64,000 nt of DNA from Octopus sinensis (GCF_006345805.1 NW_021833031.1:46469-110468); one strand, 5' to 3'. Numbered from the stretch's first letter, positions 11,037-26,378 are shown. Notes: generated by a model not told the origin, from the letters alone. Numbers and translations are program-made.

Positions 11037-11300
11037 ATAGTTATAACAAAAGATCGGCTTTACGCCTCACCAAACACTGCAAGATATAGACGCTAGATTC
11101 CCTATTACTACCTTGAAATCTTCGAGAATAAGACACTATATTGTAGGTAATTTGATTCATTATTGTCCTTTTGCTTGCCTACAATATAGTGTGTTATTCT
11201 TGGAGATTTTAAGGCAGTAATAGAGGCTTTAGCGTCTATTCCTTGCAGTGCGTGATGAAGCGTAAAGCCGACCCCTTGTTATAATTATATGTATAATTAT
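11037..11300. repeat. Long imperfect hairpin (MITE-like), ~110-bp arms
   Basis: 11038-11148 is the imperfect reverse complement of 11175-11285. Confidence 0.8.
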
Positions 11301-11388
11301 AGAATATTTTCTAAAATTTATCTATGAGGTATATATTTCCGCACTGACTACCTGGTAAAATTATTATTGATTTTACCCCTTTATTATG

Positions 11389-11438
<50 letters not shown>

Positions 11439-11535
11439 TAATAAGAAAGCATTTATCACACCGATATTATAAAAGTAGTCATATAAATAGATTATAAAAT
11501 TAATAAGGTTTTAATACAGTATATATATATAGATT

Positions 11536-11755
11536 ACTCTTTTACTCTACTCTTTTACTTGTTTCAGTCATTTGACTGCGGCCATGCTGGAGCACCGCCT
11601 ATAGTCAAGCAAATCGACGCCGGGACTTATTCTTTGTAAGCCTAGTACTTATTCTATCGGTCTCTTTTCCCGAACTGCTAGGTGACGGGGACGTAAACAA
11701 CACCAGCATCGGTTGTCAAGCAATGCTAGGGGGACAAACACAGACGCACAAACAC

Positions 11756-11853
<98 letters not shown>

Positions 11854-12018
11854 TCGACAGGCTTCTTTCAGTTTCCGTCTACCAAATCCACTCACAAGGC
11901 ATTGGTCGGCCCGGGGCTATAACAGAAGACACTTGCCCAAGATGCCACGCAGTGGGACTGAACCCGGAACCATGTGGTTGGTTAGCAAGCTACTTACCAC
12001 ACATCTACTCCTGCGCCT
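11536..12018 (-). mobile_element. SINE family A, full length
   Basis: Reverse complement of the 10617 copy. Confidence 0.9.
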
Positions 12019-12099
12019 AATATATATAATTAATATATGTCATCGGCTTCATTTAAAGTCATGTGCCTCCCATTTTATTCCTGATATTTTTTCTTTTCA

Positions 12100-12620
<521 letters not shown>

Positions 12621-14949
12621 TATTTAAATATTCATTTCGAACAAGTATTATATTTTCAATTTAAAACTAGTCTAAATGGTCACTCGACCTCCTAAAAGTT
12701 GTATCCAAATCACCCTCAAATCGCACCATAGAAACTTAACCAAAGACAGCCCAATGCATTATCCATAAATATCACCTTCATGTGTGCTATAGCTATCCAA
12801 AGGCATCATGTGACATATTATCTTTGCAAAAATTTAGAGGAATAGTCTGCGAGGGGTTGTCAACTCTGCAGCAGATGGAATTCATCTAGGATTTGCACTT
12901 TCACAAAGTAATCAAATTTATACTGTATAATAAAAAGTCGGCATGCTCATGGCAGGAACCCCTTTGTCGGATCCATTCGGTTTGGTTGCCGGCATTAATT
13001 TCTGTTTGAATTGATTTCATATTCAGTGTAATGATACACTTTTATAGGCTGATAAAGACGGGAAAATCATTTTCGCTACAAATCAATAAATAAAGAGTTA
13101 TTAGCAATTAAAGTTTGAAAATTTTGGGTAATTTTAGCAAATCATAAGCTACAGATACATTCATGTCTATTTCCATAGTAACAAGCGGAACACGAGAAAT
13201 ATTTTGTCTGCAAGAAAACACGAGTGATAAATATTTTGAAACCACTTGTTTTACCCATGTTAACAATTTAGCATGTGAATTTATGTGGCTCAGGAGAAAT
13301 GAAAATTCTGGTTAGTTTGAGAAATTGATTGAATGCATTTCTAGCTTTCGTTTTGCAAATCCTGTTTCCTGATTGGGCGAAAATGATCAAAGTTTAAACT
13401 TCTATAACTTTTTAAAAGCATTTTTCTGGAAAAAGGGAAATAACTCCTGCAATTCAGCTTGGAAAAGAATGTTAATGTGTCAAATTTTAAAATTTTCGAT
13501 AAATTTGAATTTTGAAATGCTGGCAACCAAACCAAATAAATCCCATATGTCTGCTCGACCAGAGTTGACCTAGGGTTAAATCACACCACGAGCATTACCA
13601 AGCATGCAACAAAATATGATGGTACATCTTCGTTGTCACTCAGCCCCTGCTAGAAATAACGACTAAATCTCTTTCTAATTACAAACTCTTCTTTTCAACA
13701 GGAAAGACAACACTAGATGGGCGCAGCTGGAATGTCTTCGGTTGTATTCCTGCTGCATGCTGGTTAAACTGGAGCTAAATGAAAACAATAAAAAGAACTA
13801 CAGAAACATTATCGACTCAACATTAACGACAATAACAACAACAACAACAACAACAGCGTTTGTCTTCCCATCCACTACCAACAATCCAGTCGATATTTGC
13901 ATCAAAGAAGATTTTTAGAAATCCTTTAATTAGAAGTCTAGTCTAATGACATAGCTAACTAAAAGGCCGTGAAGTCATTAATCGATCTATTTTACGGATC
14001 TTTTCCATTGAAGTTTTGCTCCCTGGATGGCATTCCTGACAGTCATGTGATATAGTCCCGTGCGTGATATCGAGATGTTTGATCGTTCGATCGAATTAAG
14101 AGTCTTAAGGATATTATTGGTTGTAGATTATCTTCTTAGTGGAACATAAATAATCGTTACATTCCTGTCTGTTGCCGCAGAAGTTGCTGCTAACGCTGCC
14201 GACGCTGTTTTATAACGGTGATAAAACGGTTTTTGTTTTTCCCATGCGTTCTATACCAAGAGGAAAAAACTATGACGCGTAAAATTGCTGTCCAACAATG
14301 GTAAGGTGGATGGCTTTGATTCCCGCCATGAATATTGGTCGGTGGATGTCTGCCGGAACAAGAAAAGAAAATTACAATTGGGGAAGGAATTGAGATTTGG
14401 ACAGAACACTTCCATCCTAGTGAACTCTGTTAAATGTACTCTAGCTTCTTGTTTTGTTGGTTAGTTCTTATGGAGGCAACAGGCTAAGCCGAACGCGTTG
14501 AGACCATACCATCTATGTAGCGGTATCTACCATTTGGATATCTGACATGCTCTTGCTTCTTTCTTTTTTCTTTTTCTAGGAAGGTAGAGTTTGATTAGAA
14601 GGACGTTTAGCCGCTGTTTCTATCCTATTTAGTCTTCACGTTGAAGCTTTTTCATTAGATCGTAAAATCTCATGTATCTACTACAAGAGGCTGATGGCGA
14701 TGGAATTTTGCTATGAATTTCATAATTTAAATTGAAATACAAACTTGAATCCTTTTCTGAAATCGATTTCGTTTTATACATTTTGTTGAAATTGCATTTC
14801 AGCGTCCACTGACGAATGTTCATTTGCATAGGAAAATTCACTTTCAATTAGTTATCAATGTAAATTTAAAAAGTACAACCCGAAAACAAAGCTCTTGATG
14901 TTGCGCTGAAATAGGCATCTATTCTCAAAACTCTAATTTAATTTCAAAC

Positions 14950-15420
14950 CGACTTTCAGTGAAATTTGAATACTGTTTGGCTATATTACTTGCAAAGAAT
15001 GAGTTGGATTGGATAGGTAGGAAAGGACACCATACGACGCGATGTTGTTCCTTTGTTGGCACAAGTTATTTCCGTGTAAATTATAAAAGAGCCAAGAGAA
15101 AGAAGTTTTAGGGAAGCAATTATTTCTGCTCAGTCTATGATTGATAACTTGTCGAAAAATCCATGCTGGAAATTTAAAAGATGTTTTGTTTTCAGTAATG
15201 TTATCAACAACTTTTTGAATACAAGAGTAACGAGGATAGCTTTCAAAATCTCTAATAGAATTATTAGACAAACACATGATTTAAATAATCTATCAAAATC
15301 TGATGCATTGCTTGAAATCAATATTGTGGATGTATCCTGAAGATGTTGCAAAGGATCTAACATACAGCGTGGTTCTTATCTTTTCCAATGCACCGGTTTC
15401 AATCGCACGAATCAGGAGAC
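14950..15420 (-). pseudogene. Highly degraded CR1/L2-like RT remnant
   Basis: Minus-strand ..LEILKAIL..KHLLNFQHGF..S resembles the K(I)FE.I...L...QHGF...S RT motif; several stops and frameshifts. Confidence 0.45.
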
Positions 15421-15681
15421 TGCATTTCAAACAAAGATATCCACATGTCTGATAAATTCTTGTTTTCAGTCGTTCGTCCGTGTTAGGTGGGCGACAGGTT
15501 TTGAAGGATAAATGGACAGAAATTCGAAATTTTCATAGTGATAAAATGAAGAAGCTGTAGACGTTATAGCTGTTGTTGTTCTTGTTTCTGATGCTGTTGT
15601 TGTTGTTGCTGCTGTTTGCTACTTTCGCTGCTGTTAATGTCAATATTCATTCGTTTCAGGACGGCACTAATAGAGCATCGG

Positions 15682-15895
15682 AAGGCGGCGAGCTGGCAGA
15701 AACGTTAGCACACCGGGCGAAATGCTTAGTAGTATTTCGTCTGTCTTAACGTTCTGAGTTCAAATTTCGCCGAGGTCGACTTTGCTTTTCATCCTTTCGG
15801 GGTCGATATATTATGTACCAGTTGCGTATTGCGGTCGATCAAATCGACTGGCCCCTCCCCCCCAAATTCGGGCCTTGTGCCTAGAATAGAAAAGA
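15682..15895 (+). mobile_element. SINE family B
   Basis: aaggcggcgagctggcagaaacgttagc..gcttttcatcctttcggggtcgat..gccttgtgcctagaatagaaaag. Confidence 0.9.
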
Positions 15896-16199
15896 ATGAT
15901 AGAGCATCGGACTTTCGACGGAAGTCATTTCAGCCGTGACCATCATGTCTTTTCCCTTTTTATTCAAGAGATTCAGGACCTTAATCCTGCTATTAATAGG
16001 GCAGCGATTGCTTAGTGTTTTTCTTGCATCGGCCTTGTAAAGTGCTGCTGATTCATCAACAGTTTGGTTCGAACACGAACAAACCTGGATATTTAGCTGC
16101 CTAAAATCAAAAGACATGAGAAAATTGCTCAAATTCGTTGTTGTAGACTCAGTACCTTTTCTAACAATCCTTTTTACTATAGGTAGAAGATCTAAAATT

Positions 16200-16380
16200 T
16201 TGGGGTCTGATGCAATCAATTACGTTGACCTCTGTGTTCAAGTAGTTATTCCTTTTATCGACTCCCAAAAGATGAAAGGCAAAGTCCACCTCAGCGGAAT
16301 TTGATACCAGAACTCAAAGACGGACGAAATGCTGCTAAGCGTTTTGTCCAGCAATGATTCTGCCAGCTCTCCACCTGACA
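16200..16380 (-). mobile_element. SINE family B, diverged
   Basis: gatgaaaggcaaagtccacctcagcggaatttga..ctgccagctctccacct. Confidence 0.75.
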
Positions 16381-17723
16381 AGATCTATTCTAATAAATCC
16401 TGTTAGAAACAAAAAAAAAATGGTATTTTCAAATTTAGAGTGTTCGAGGTCACGAAAATTTATTTTGCATTCTTTGTAATGAGTTCAAGTCGGCAACAAC
16501 CGTATTGTAAATACAGTTTGTCCATAAATTAGCTTCACAACTTGAAAAAATTAGAAAAATTCGAAAAGAAGGATAATTCGGCCGAGTTTATTGGAAAACA
16601 TAGGCAAACGAATAAAGATTAATTAGGATCATCGGAACTCTCCTATCTGGGTTCAACTTCTTGAACGCAACAAACCTAGACAACAAATTGTGGAAGTGCT
16701 TAACGTAATTACGAACACTTTGTATATTGGTTTGGAATTTTGGCACAAGGACAACAGTTGGGCAGAATACTCTCAACTCTTTCATAGAATAAGCTAGAGA
16801 TATTGGTTGTGTGATTTATAATCAATCGCCTGCCATCCATCACCGTGTGGTGAACACGATCAATAGTTACATCGGTCGTGGTAGTTGCAGGATGTCCAGA
16901 CCCCGGATCATTTTCCCCTCCTAAACTCACCTGTCAGCTTTTACATTGTTGATAAAGCTGGAGCCTCGATCCTTAAAGTAGCAACCATGTCAGTATGAAT
17001 GTCTTTGTTGGTGGTGGGGACTAAACACTTTTCTTTTGTAGTTACTTGATAACACCACGCTGCCAAATTTTGTCCATTTTTCGAGAGAAGTCGTTGGTTG
17101 TTACTTTTGAAGCAGGCACGTGCCGTCAGTAATTATTCAGGGTAGGCAGTTGGTGACATTTATGTTGTAAAACATCAAAAAATAAACGAAACACAGGCGT
17201 GCGACTGGGTTGAAGGCAGATTTACTTCTGCCTTTATAGCGCGTAAAGAAAACGGTGTTGTAGGAATGTACGCAGCATGTGTACTACAGCAGTTCTATGC
17301 ATAGCTTTAATACTGAGATTGGAAGGCAGGGGTGAATTATGCCTACTTAATCTACGCAAAAATAAAATATTTTGCATTTTATGCATAATAACCAGAGTAA
17401 CCTTCATAATTTTATTGAATTAGGTGTATATTTTGCCATTAAGAGAAAATGGTACTCTCGATCTATTTTATTCAGGGAAGGTACTGCCTATCTGGCCTAC
17501 CCAGGCGACACGCCCCTGTTTTCAAGCCTTCTTTGAACAGTCAAATGTCAGTTTCCCTAGAAAGAAACCATGCATATGTGAATAAGATGAGTTGAAATTA
17601 ATGCATGCAGGATTTCACAACTGTGGCATCAGTCCTTTGTAGTCCGCCTATGAATTATTTAGCCCACCCTCGTACGAAACTCGCTAAAGTTCTTGTCTTC
17701 CATAGGCTATCAAACAGAGCTCA

Positions 17724-17940
17724 AGAGTGGGTGCTAAAAAGTTCCTGGCTTTGAGGGTAATGTGAAAGGCCCGGTTGGGGCTCAACCTTGCGAGTTCTTT
17801 TACAGGGCTTGGGAAAACTGAAGGACCGCTGTCATAAGTGAGTGAATCTGAGAGGGGAATATGTTGGATAAAATTGAACTTAATTGATCCTCCTGTATTT
17901 TGTTTTACCCAAACCCAGGAACTTTTCAACAAGCCTCTCA
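17724..17940 (+). mobile_element. Mariner-derived MITE retaining transposase C-terminal codons
   Basis: TIR gtgctaaaaagttcctgg / ccaggaacttttcaac; 17803-17871 reads QGLGKLKDRCHK*VNLRGEYVG*. Confidence 0.8.
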
Positions 17941-18508
17941 TATACACCCACAGCAAGAGTCCATATTAATTGTTTTGTTATTAGTACCATGCTGATTGGT
18001 TGATTGCAAAACTAAGTTTTATTGGTTTGTAAACTATTCGTGGTGTGACAGCAGACATTTCATTTGAAGATACGTTTCGTTTCAGAACTCCTTACATTTT
18101 CATAAACCATTACAATGAGTTGAATGACCTCCATAGTAAACGTTACCCCATAAACACATACTTTTCACCGTACTTTCACCCCGATACATGGTTACATCTC
18201 AATATTTCTCCATTTGTTTGTCATATATTGAACAAAATATCGATGAGTCATTTCCATTGGTGCGTCAATATTATTTTGTAATCGATAATTCAGTTTCAGC
18301 CATTAAAACAAGATCTATAAGCAATAAGTATTATATGTTTCTCAGTGACGAATATCAAATCTTCCAACTCATTGAAAAGTTTGTGTTGCATAAACGTCGA
18401 AACTACCGCCACCTTTTGAAATGAAAAATAAATATTGAAACTGGGTACAACAAACTTATTCACAAAACTATACTTTTCCACTAAAACTACACTACGTACA
18501 TTACATGT

Positions 18509-18679
18509 AGGTGCAGACGTGACTGTGTAGTAAGAAGTTTTCTCCCCAGCTTCATGGCTCTGAGTTCAGTCTCACTGTGTGGCACCCTGGGCAAGTGTCT
18601 TCTACTATAGCCTCGGGCCGACCAAAAACCTTGTGTGTGAATCTGGTAGATGGAAACTGAGAGAAGCCCGTCGTATATA
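18509..18679 (+). mobile_element. SINE family A, 5' half (3' half at ~19380-19570)
   Basis: Head matches 10617 up to gaagcccgtcgtata, then a mariner element intervenes. Confidence 0.8.
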
Positions 18680-19227
18680 CGAGGGTGAGGCAAAAAGTAA
18701 TACCATTTTGTTTAGGACAGGTATAATTACCAACACAGGAACATATATCATACATCAAAATGAAGCTGGTCCTCTGTGGATCACATCCCTACTTCTCAAC
18801 ATAGTCACCATTTCTCTCAATAGCAATGTTCCACCTCTGAATGAGAGCATGTATCCCTGCCCCGTAAAATTCTGTTGACTGTTTTTTGAGCCACTTCTTC
18901 ACTACAGTTTTCACTTCCTCGGACCCACCTGGATACATTGCTATAACCTAAAGTATTGTCCTCAAATACATTTTATAATCATCGGTGAATATTCACAGAG
19001 GTTTCCCCCTGGTCAACAAGAAATTCAATCACTTTGTTTTTGAGGTAACTCTAAGGAGGAAGCCATTTTCAATTTTGCTTACCTGTCTAAAAACCTGAAA
19101 AGTAAGAAACAAAATACTTCAGAACGTAAATGATATAATTCTTTATAACTGAGAAAATTTCAGTTATTTTTTATCAAAGCTTCACATGAAATAAAGAAAA
19201 TGGCATTACTTTTTGACTCACCTTGGT
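18680..19227 (-). mobile_element. Internally deleted mariner transposon
   Basis: TIRs cgagggtgaggcaaaaagtaatacc / ggcattactttttgactcaccttgg; 18789-18920 (-) encodes EEVKTVVKKWLKKQSTEFYGAGIHALIQRWNIAIERNGDYVEK*, a mariner transposase C-terminus. Confidence 0.9.
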
Positions 19228-19239
19228 CTATCTATCTAC

Positions 19240-19377
<138 letters not shown>

Positions 19378-19379
19378 TA

Positions 19380-19570
19380 CTCACCACCACTTGAAAAGCA
19401 ATGATGGTGTGTTTACGTTCATGTAACTTAGCGGTTCGGAAAAAAGAGATCGGTAGAATAAGTATCAAGGTTGAAAAAAAAAAGAGATAATGGGGTGATT
19501 TGTTCGATTTAAATTCTTCAAGGTGCTACCCCAGCATGGCCGCAGTCTACTGACTAAAACAAGTGAAAGG
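19380..19570 (+). mobile_element. SINE family A, 3' half
   Basis: ggtgtgtttacg..gtaacttagcggttcgg..cccagcatggccgcagtc. Confidence 0.75.
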
Positions 19571-19629
19571 TATACCCCAAAATAGTTATAATTATTAGTT
19601 TATTTTTATTATTTGACGGAATCACTAAC

Positions 19630-19790
19630 ACGCCAGACAAAGTGCTTTGCGGCATTTCGTCCGCCTGTACGTATTGAGGTCAAATTCTACCGAGGTCGAC
19701 ATTGCCTCTCCTCCTTTCGGGGTCGGTAAAAGAATGTACTAATAAGGTACCGGGGTCGACGTAATTGCCTACACCCTTAATCCTAAAAAT
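19630..19790 (+). mobile_element. SINE family B, diverged
   Basis: tcaaattctaccgaggtcgac..cctttcggggtcg. Confidence 0.7.
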
Positions 19791-19819
19791 CTGAGATCTT
19801 TTATCCACAGAAAAGATTA

Positions 19820-19821
19820 AT

Positions 19822-19892
<71 letters not shown>

Positions 19893-20391
19893 CGTTATTA
19901 TCGTTATTATTATTACTATTATTATTATTATTATTATTATTATCATTATTATTATTATTATCATTATTATATTATTATTATTATTATTATTATTATTATC
20001 ATTATTATTATTATTATTATCATAATTATTATTATTATTATCATTCTTATTTTATTATTATTATTATCATATTATTATTATTATTATTATCATTATTATT
20101 ATTATTATCATTATTATTATGATTATCATTAGTATTATTATTAGTAGTAGTATTATTATTACCATTATTATTATTATTATTATTATTATCATTATTATTA
20201 TTATTATTATCATTATTATTATTATTATTATTATCATTATATTATTATTAGTAGTAGTATTATTATTACCATTATGATTTATAGTTATTATATCATTATT
20301 ATTAGTATTATTATCATTATTATTATTATTATTATTATCATTATTATTATTATTATCATTATTATTATTATTATTATTATTATTTTCATCA

Positions 20392-20443
<52 letters not shown>

Positions 20444-20580
20444 CATCATTATTATTATTATTATTATCATTATTATAATTATTATTATCATTATTATTAT
20501 TATTATTATCATTATTATTATATTATTATTATTATTATTATTATATTATTATTATTATTATTATTATTACTATTATTATC
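19820..20580. repeat. ~760-bp (ATT)n/(ATC)n trinucleotide array
   Basis: Directly visible. Confidence 0.95.
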
Positions 20581-21764
20581 ATTATCTACCTACCTACATA
20601 TGTATGTATATATGTATGATGTATGTATGTATGTATTATGTAGGTATGTATCTATCTATCTAGCCTCTACCTGTCTATCTGTTTGTGTGTGTGTGTAGAC
20701 TTTTAGAAATTTTATTAGATTTAACGTATGAAATATTTATTGGAAATATATAAAATTAAATTATTTGCGTGGCGTGTATATTTGCGTATAAATCTTTTTC
20801 TACATATATACGTATATATGTTTAGATTTCGGAGTATATTTTAAGTGTGTCATTTTGTTGCGTCGATATCTCTATGACGTTCTCTGTGCGTGCGTATCCG
20901 CCATTGTGCCTGACATTTTTTAAAGGAGTGAAGTCAATATTTTGTTTGGAAAGTTGGTCATAACAAGTTAAAATTCAGCGTTTTTAACGATTTATGAGAC
21001 AACCCATAAAAGGTAGACCAAATATTGTCTAAACAAACTGTTTTTATTCCTTTGTAGCTTTTACACAACATTAAACAAATATCTGGTTTTATGTAACGAA
21101 GATCTGTATTAATAACGCCATTGAAATATTTTCATCTAATAATATATAAATATCATATTTATTCTGCGTATCTGTATGTACGCATGCACGTATGTATGTA
21201 TGTATGTATGTATTGTATGTATGTATGTATTATGTATGTATGTATGTATGTATGTATGTATGCATGTATGGATGGATGTATGTATGTATGTATGTATGCA
21301 TGCATGTATGTATGTATGTATGTAAGTATGTATGTATGTATGTATATATGTATTATGTATTATGTATGCATATATATATATATGTATGTATATATACATA
21401 CATCCATATCAACATACAATGATATACACACTAGCACATGTATATGTATATATATATGTATATATATATATATATATATAAATTCGTTATATATATATAT
21501 TTATACATAAACATATTTTTCGTACATATGTATATATTTGTATACACACACATATATTTCTATTTGTGTATATATGCATATATATCTGTATCTATATAAT
21601 TACCTATCCATTATATATACAATTATGTATATGCGTGTTTGTGTGTTTATGTGTGTGCAGGCACGAACAACCATCAAATATAGCTATATATAAGAATTAT
21701 ATATATCCTACATACACTACACACTGAATGTAATGCATGTATAGACATGCATCATGCATACTAC

Positions 21765-21804
<40 letters not shown>

Positions 21805-21903
21805 TATATATATATATAATTATATATATAATATATATATATAGATATATATTTATATATCTATATATATATAATATATATATGTATATATTTATACACA
21901 ACG

Positions 21904-21938
<35 letters not shown>

Positions 21939-22189
21939 GAGAGAGATAGAGAGGACAGGAGAATACATCAAAAGATATATTGAAATAGTGACATATAAAG
22001 TCAGTTATGTATATAGCATGAGGCGTAGAATCTGTATATATGTAGAGATGTGTGTATTATTTTTATTTCGTTTCAGTATTGTTCTCTTATTGAAGAAAAA
22101 GGAACGAGATTCACTCGGACGCAGAAGTGATGGTTGCATCACAAGTGTATGTGTACAACGCACGCAAAAATACACACACATACACTCAA

Positions 22190-22225
<36 letters not shown>

Positions 22226-22503
22226 ATACTACAAAGGTTACCTCAAGGAAACATTGCTCGTTTCATTGGTTGTACATAAATCTCTATTTATCTATCTACC
22301 TACCTACCTACCTGTCTGTCTGTTTGTCTTCTGCCTGTCAACCTGCCTGCCTGTCTGTATGTCTCTCAACCAGCCACTTACGTACGTACGTACGTACCTA
22401 CCTACCTACATACCTACCTACCCACTTACCTATCTATCTATCTGTTTGTCTATCTGTCCATCAATGCTGGCTGAAACATTTGCACACGAAACATATCTAT
22501 CTG

Positions 22504-22540
<37 letters not shown>

Positions 22541-22541
22541 G

Positions 22542-22577
<36 letters not shown>

Positions 22578-22602
22578 TTAAATATATATATGTATATATA
22601 TA

Positions 22603-22824
22603 CTCTTACTCTTTACTCTTTTACTTGTTTCAGTCATTTGACTGCGGCCATGCTGGAGCACCGCCTTTAGTCGAGCAAATCGACCCCGGACTTATTCTTT
22701 GTAAGCCCAGTACTTATTCTATCGGTCTCATTTGCCGAACCGCTAACTGACGGGGACGTAATATACCAGCCAGCATCGGTTGTCAAGCAATGTCAGGGAG
22801 GACAAACACAGAACACAAACACAT

Positions 22825-22855
<31 letters not shown>

Positions 22856-23012
22856 CATATATACGACAGGCTTCTTTCAGTTTTCCGTCTACAAATCCAC
22901 TCACAAGGCATTGTCGACCCGGGCTATAGCAGAAGACACTTGCCCAAGATGCCACGCAGTGGACTGAACCCGGAACCATGTGGTTGGTTAGCAAGCTACT
23001 TACACACAGCCA
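22603..23012 (-). mobile_element. SINE family A
   Basis: tactctttactcttttacttgtttcagtcatttgactgcggcc..ctacttacacacagccac. Confidence 0.9.
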
Positions 23013-23283
23013 CAGAGAGAGAGAGAAAGAGAGACAAAGAGAGAGGGAAGAGGGAGATAGAAAGATAGATACATATTTTATGCGTGCGTGTGTATATATA
23101 TATATATATGCATACATATGCATACATGCATATGTATATATATATATATGTGTGTTTTGTTGTGTGTGTGTGTGTGTGTGTGTATTTATATGTATGTATA
23201 TATGTATATATATATATATATATATATGTATATGTATATATATATTGTATATATATATATATATATGTATATGTATATATGTT

Positions 23284-23317
<34 letters not shown>

Positions 23318-23674
23318 CATACATGTATACGTGCATCTGAATGTATATATATATATATATGAATTGTGTGTGTGTGTATGTGTGTATGCATGTGCGTATG
23401 CGTGTAAATATATGGAATTAAATGCAAAATTTGCTTTGTAAATCCGAATGAAATGCAAAGACAGATAAGAGACATTTTCTATCATCTATCTCAGTCTGTG
23501 GCACCGTAAATTCTCTATAAAAACAGTTAATAGAGAATTATTGCTCACTTTCTACATGTCCATGACGTCACTGGGTGTAACAGTACCGACATATATGCTC
23601 TAAAATGTTTCCATTATTCCACCATCTATATTGTGTGCCAGCGCACATAAATACACACACACACATACACACAT

Positions 23675-23705
<31 letters not shown>

Positions 23706-23735
23706 CATACACACACACATATATATGTGTGTGTG

Positions 23736-23781
<46 letters not shown>

Positions 23782-24226
23782 TGTATGTATGTATGTATGT
23801 ATGTATGTATGTATGAATATGTGTGTGTGTGTGAATGTTTACGCGTGTGTGTGTGTGTGTGTGAATGTTTACGCGCGTGTGTGTGTGTGTGTGTGTGTGT
23901 GTTTGTATGTCATGATTGTGGTTAAGAAAACAACTTTTAGCTACTGGTTACGGGTTCAATTTCAGGCATTGAAACTCGTGCACAAGTTCTCATGGGGCTT
24001 TTGCTTGACTGATCTGTTTCGATGAAATTTTTCGAATGATAATTTGTGGGTACGTCCTTAGTGTTTACACACACACACGGATGTATGACTGCACACGTAC
24101 ACACACACACACACACACAACACACACACACACACATATATATATATACAATTGCAGCGTGGAAGGTGTTTTGTAAGCCATTTAAGAAACACACAAAATT
24201 CCTTCAGCATTAAGTTTAATTTTATA

Positions 24227-24278
<52 letters not shown>

Positions 24279-24345
24279 CCACACACACATATATATATTA
24301 TATATATACATATATACACATGCTTGTGTGAATGTATGTATGTAT

Positions 24346-24403
<58 letters not shown>

Positions 24404-24484
24404 TGTGTGTATGTGTGTATATATAATATTATCTTCTTCTTCTTCGTCTTCTCCATAACGAACTTACCCACTCCCATATTAGTT

Positions 24485-24947
24485 TATTCTTTTACTTGTT
24501 TCAGTCATTTGGCTGCGGCCATGCTGGAGCACCGCCTTTAGTCGAACAAATCAACCCCAGGACTTATTCATTGTAAGCCTAGTACTTACTGTATCGGCCA
24601 TTTTTGCCGAACCGCTAGGTTACAGGGGCGTAAACACACCAACATCGGTTGTCAAGTGATGGTGGCTGAGAGGCAAACACAGGCACACAAATAAATACAT
24701 ACACACACATATATATATACATATATATACTTATTTACATAGATACATACATAATATATATATATATGTGTGTGTGTGTGTGTTTTGGGCTTCTTTCGGT
24801 TTCCGTCTACCGAATACACTCACAAGATTTTGGTCGGCCCCAGGCCATAGTAGGAGTCACTTCCACAAAGTGCCAGGCAGTGAGACTGAACTCGAAACCA
24901 TGTGGTTAGGAAGCAAGCTTCTTACCACACACCCACGCCTCGCACAT
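24485..24947 (-). mobile_element. SINE family A
   Basis: Same modules as the 11536 and 22603 copies. Confidence 0.85.
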
Positions 24948-25393
24948 AGGTATTACTTTTATTTTTACTACTTCACAAATACTTTCTACGCATTTTGTTC
25001 GAATCTCCAACGAGTTAACTCAGGATCTCCTGACAACAATATGATCTTCCTATAATCAAAGTATCTTTGACCTGAAGAATAGCTTGATGTCTTCTCCTCG
25101 TTTGGATTATTCCTACTTCCGACCATCTGCTGGTTATGAAACATATGTAACTCGGATTTTACCTCTTCCATTTCAGAATTTTCGAAGTTGACCTGCATAT
25201 AAACCAGCCTCAGTCTAACCGTGAACTATAGAATAATCCTTTTCCAGCTTATCGTACTTCGATGCAGGAGAAATTCAAAACCTTCGGCGCCAATAAATCA
25301 CTATTGATCCTCCAAGTTGATTTTTTTTACCTGTTATAGACTGCTCGAAGCTCACTAACTCCTTACATCTTATCCTATGATATTAGCTTTACA

Positions 25394-25484
<91 letters not shown>

Positions 25485-25559
25485 GCATATATAATATATG
25501 TGCGCACCCCTCACACACCAACACACCACACATGCACGCTCGCACACAAACACACACAC

Positions 25560-25702
25560 TGGTTCGAAATTTTGGCACAAGGCCTGCAATTTCGGAGGAG
25601 TGGTCAAGTCGATTACATCGACCCCAGTGTTCAATTGGTACTTAATTTATCGACCCCAAATAAATGAAAGGCAAAGTCGAGTTCGCGGAATTTGAACTCA
25701 GA
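25560..25702 (-). mobile_element. SINE family B, partial
   Basis: atcgaccccagtgttcaattggtacttaatttatcgacccc..gaaaggcaaagtcg. Confidence 0.75.
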
Positions 25703-26378
25703 TCGTCAAATAACATTCTTCTTTAAAGATAATACACACACACATAGCGTGGCTGCAGTCTTATCACTGAATATATTAAAACAATAAAAGATAAAAGATA
25801 TTTCACCTGCGCTTTTTGCTATGATATTTAACCTCTCGAAACAACACTGGAACGATTCGATCTCCAAAGCGCTGCGATGCCATATCGATGCTTCATTTAT
25901 TTCAACAAATTAAGAAAACCATGGCTCTCTTCAACCCCTACAAATTACCATTTTATCTCCGCTTCTGTCCCTTTCTCTGATCAAACTCATATCAATTATT
26001 TTGTGTTATTTCCCAATCACGTGCAAAAGTTTACATAGTTCCTCTGCCGGGGAGAACCATTCTCCCTAATTCCCCTAATTTCCAATAAAACACTTTTTAC
26101 GACCAACGTCACGACGTCTTTCTCGACCACTTATTATGGAACGCGTGTATCCATGGCGTGATTTGATCGCGAGGAAAAGCGACACCTGGGAGTAGTATAG
26201 GATTCAATGAAGGATTGAAAAGAACAGAAACTGTTCTATATATATATGTGTGTGTGTATACATATATATGTGCATACATATATATATATCTATACATATA
26301 TATATATATATGTCTATGTATATGTATATATATGTCTGTATATGTATATATGTGTATGCTTGCATATCTACATGTGTG

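Noticed and set aside
17113-17518. Possible hAT-like MITE (caggcacgtg.. / ..cacgcccctg)
   Set aside because: Terminal match too short and imperfect; no TSD identified.
24986-25330. Minus-strand ORF and splice-like signals as host exons
   Set aside because: Splicing to the 25807 candidate gives early stops; the + strand weakly resembles a decayed LINE C-terminus.
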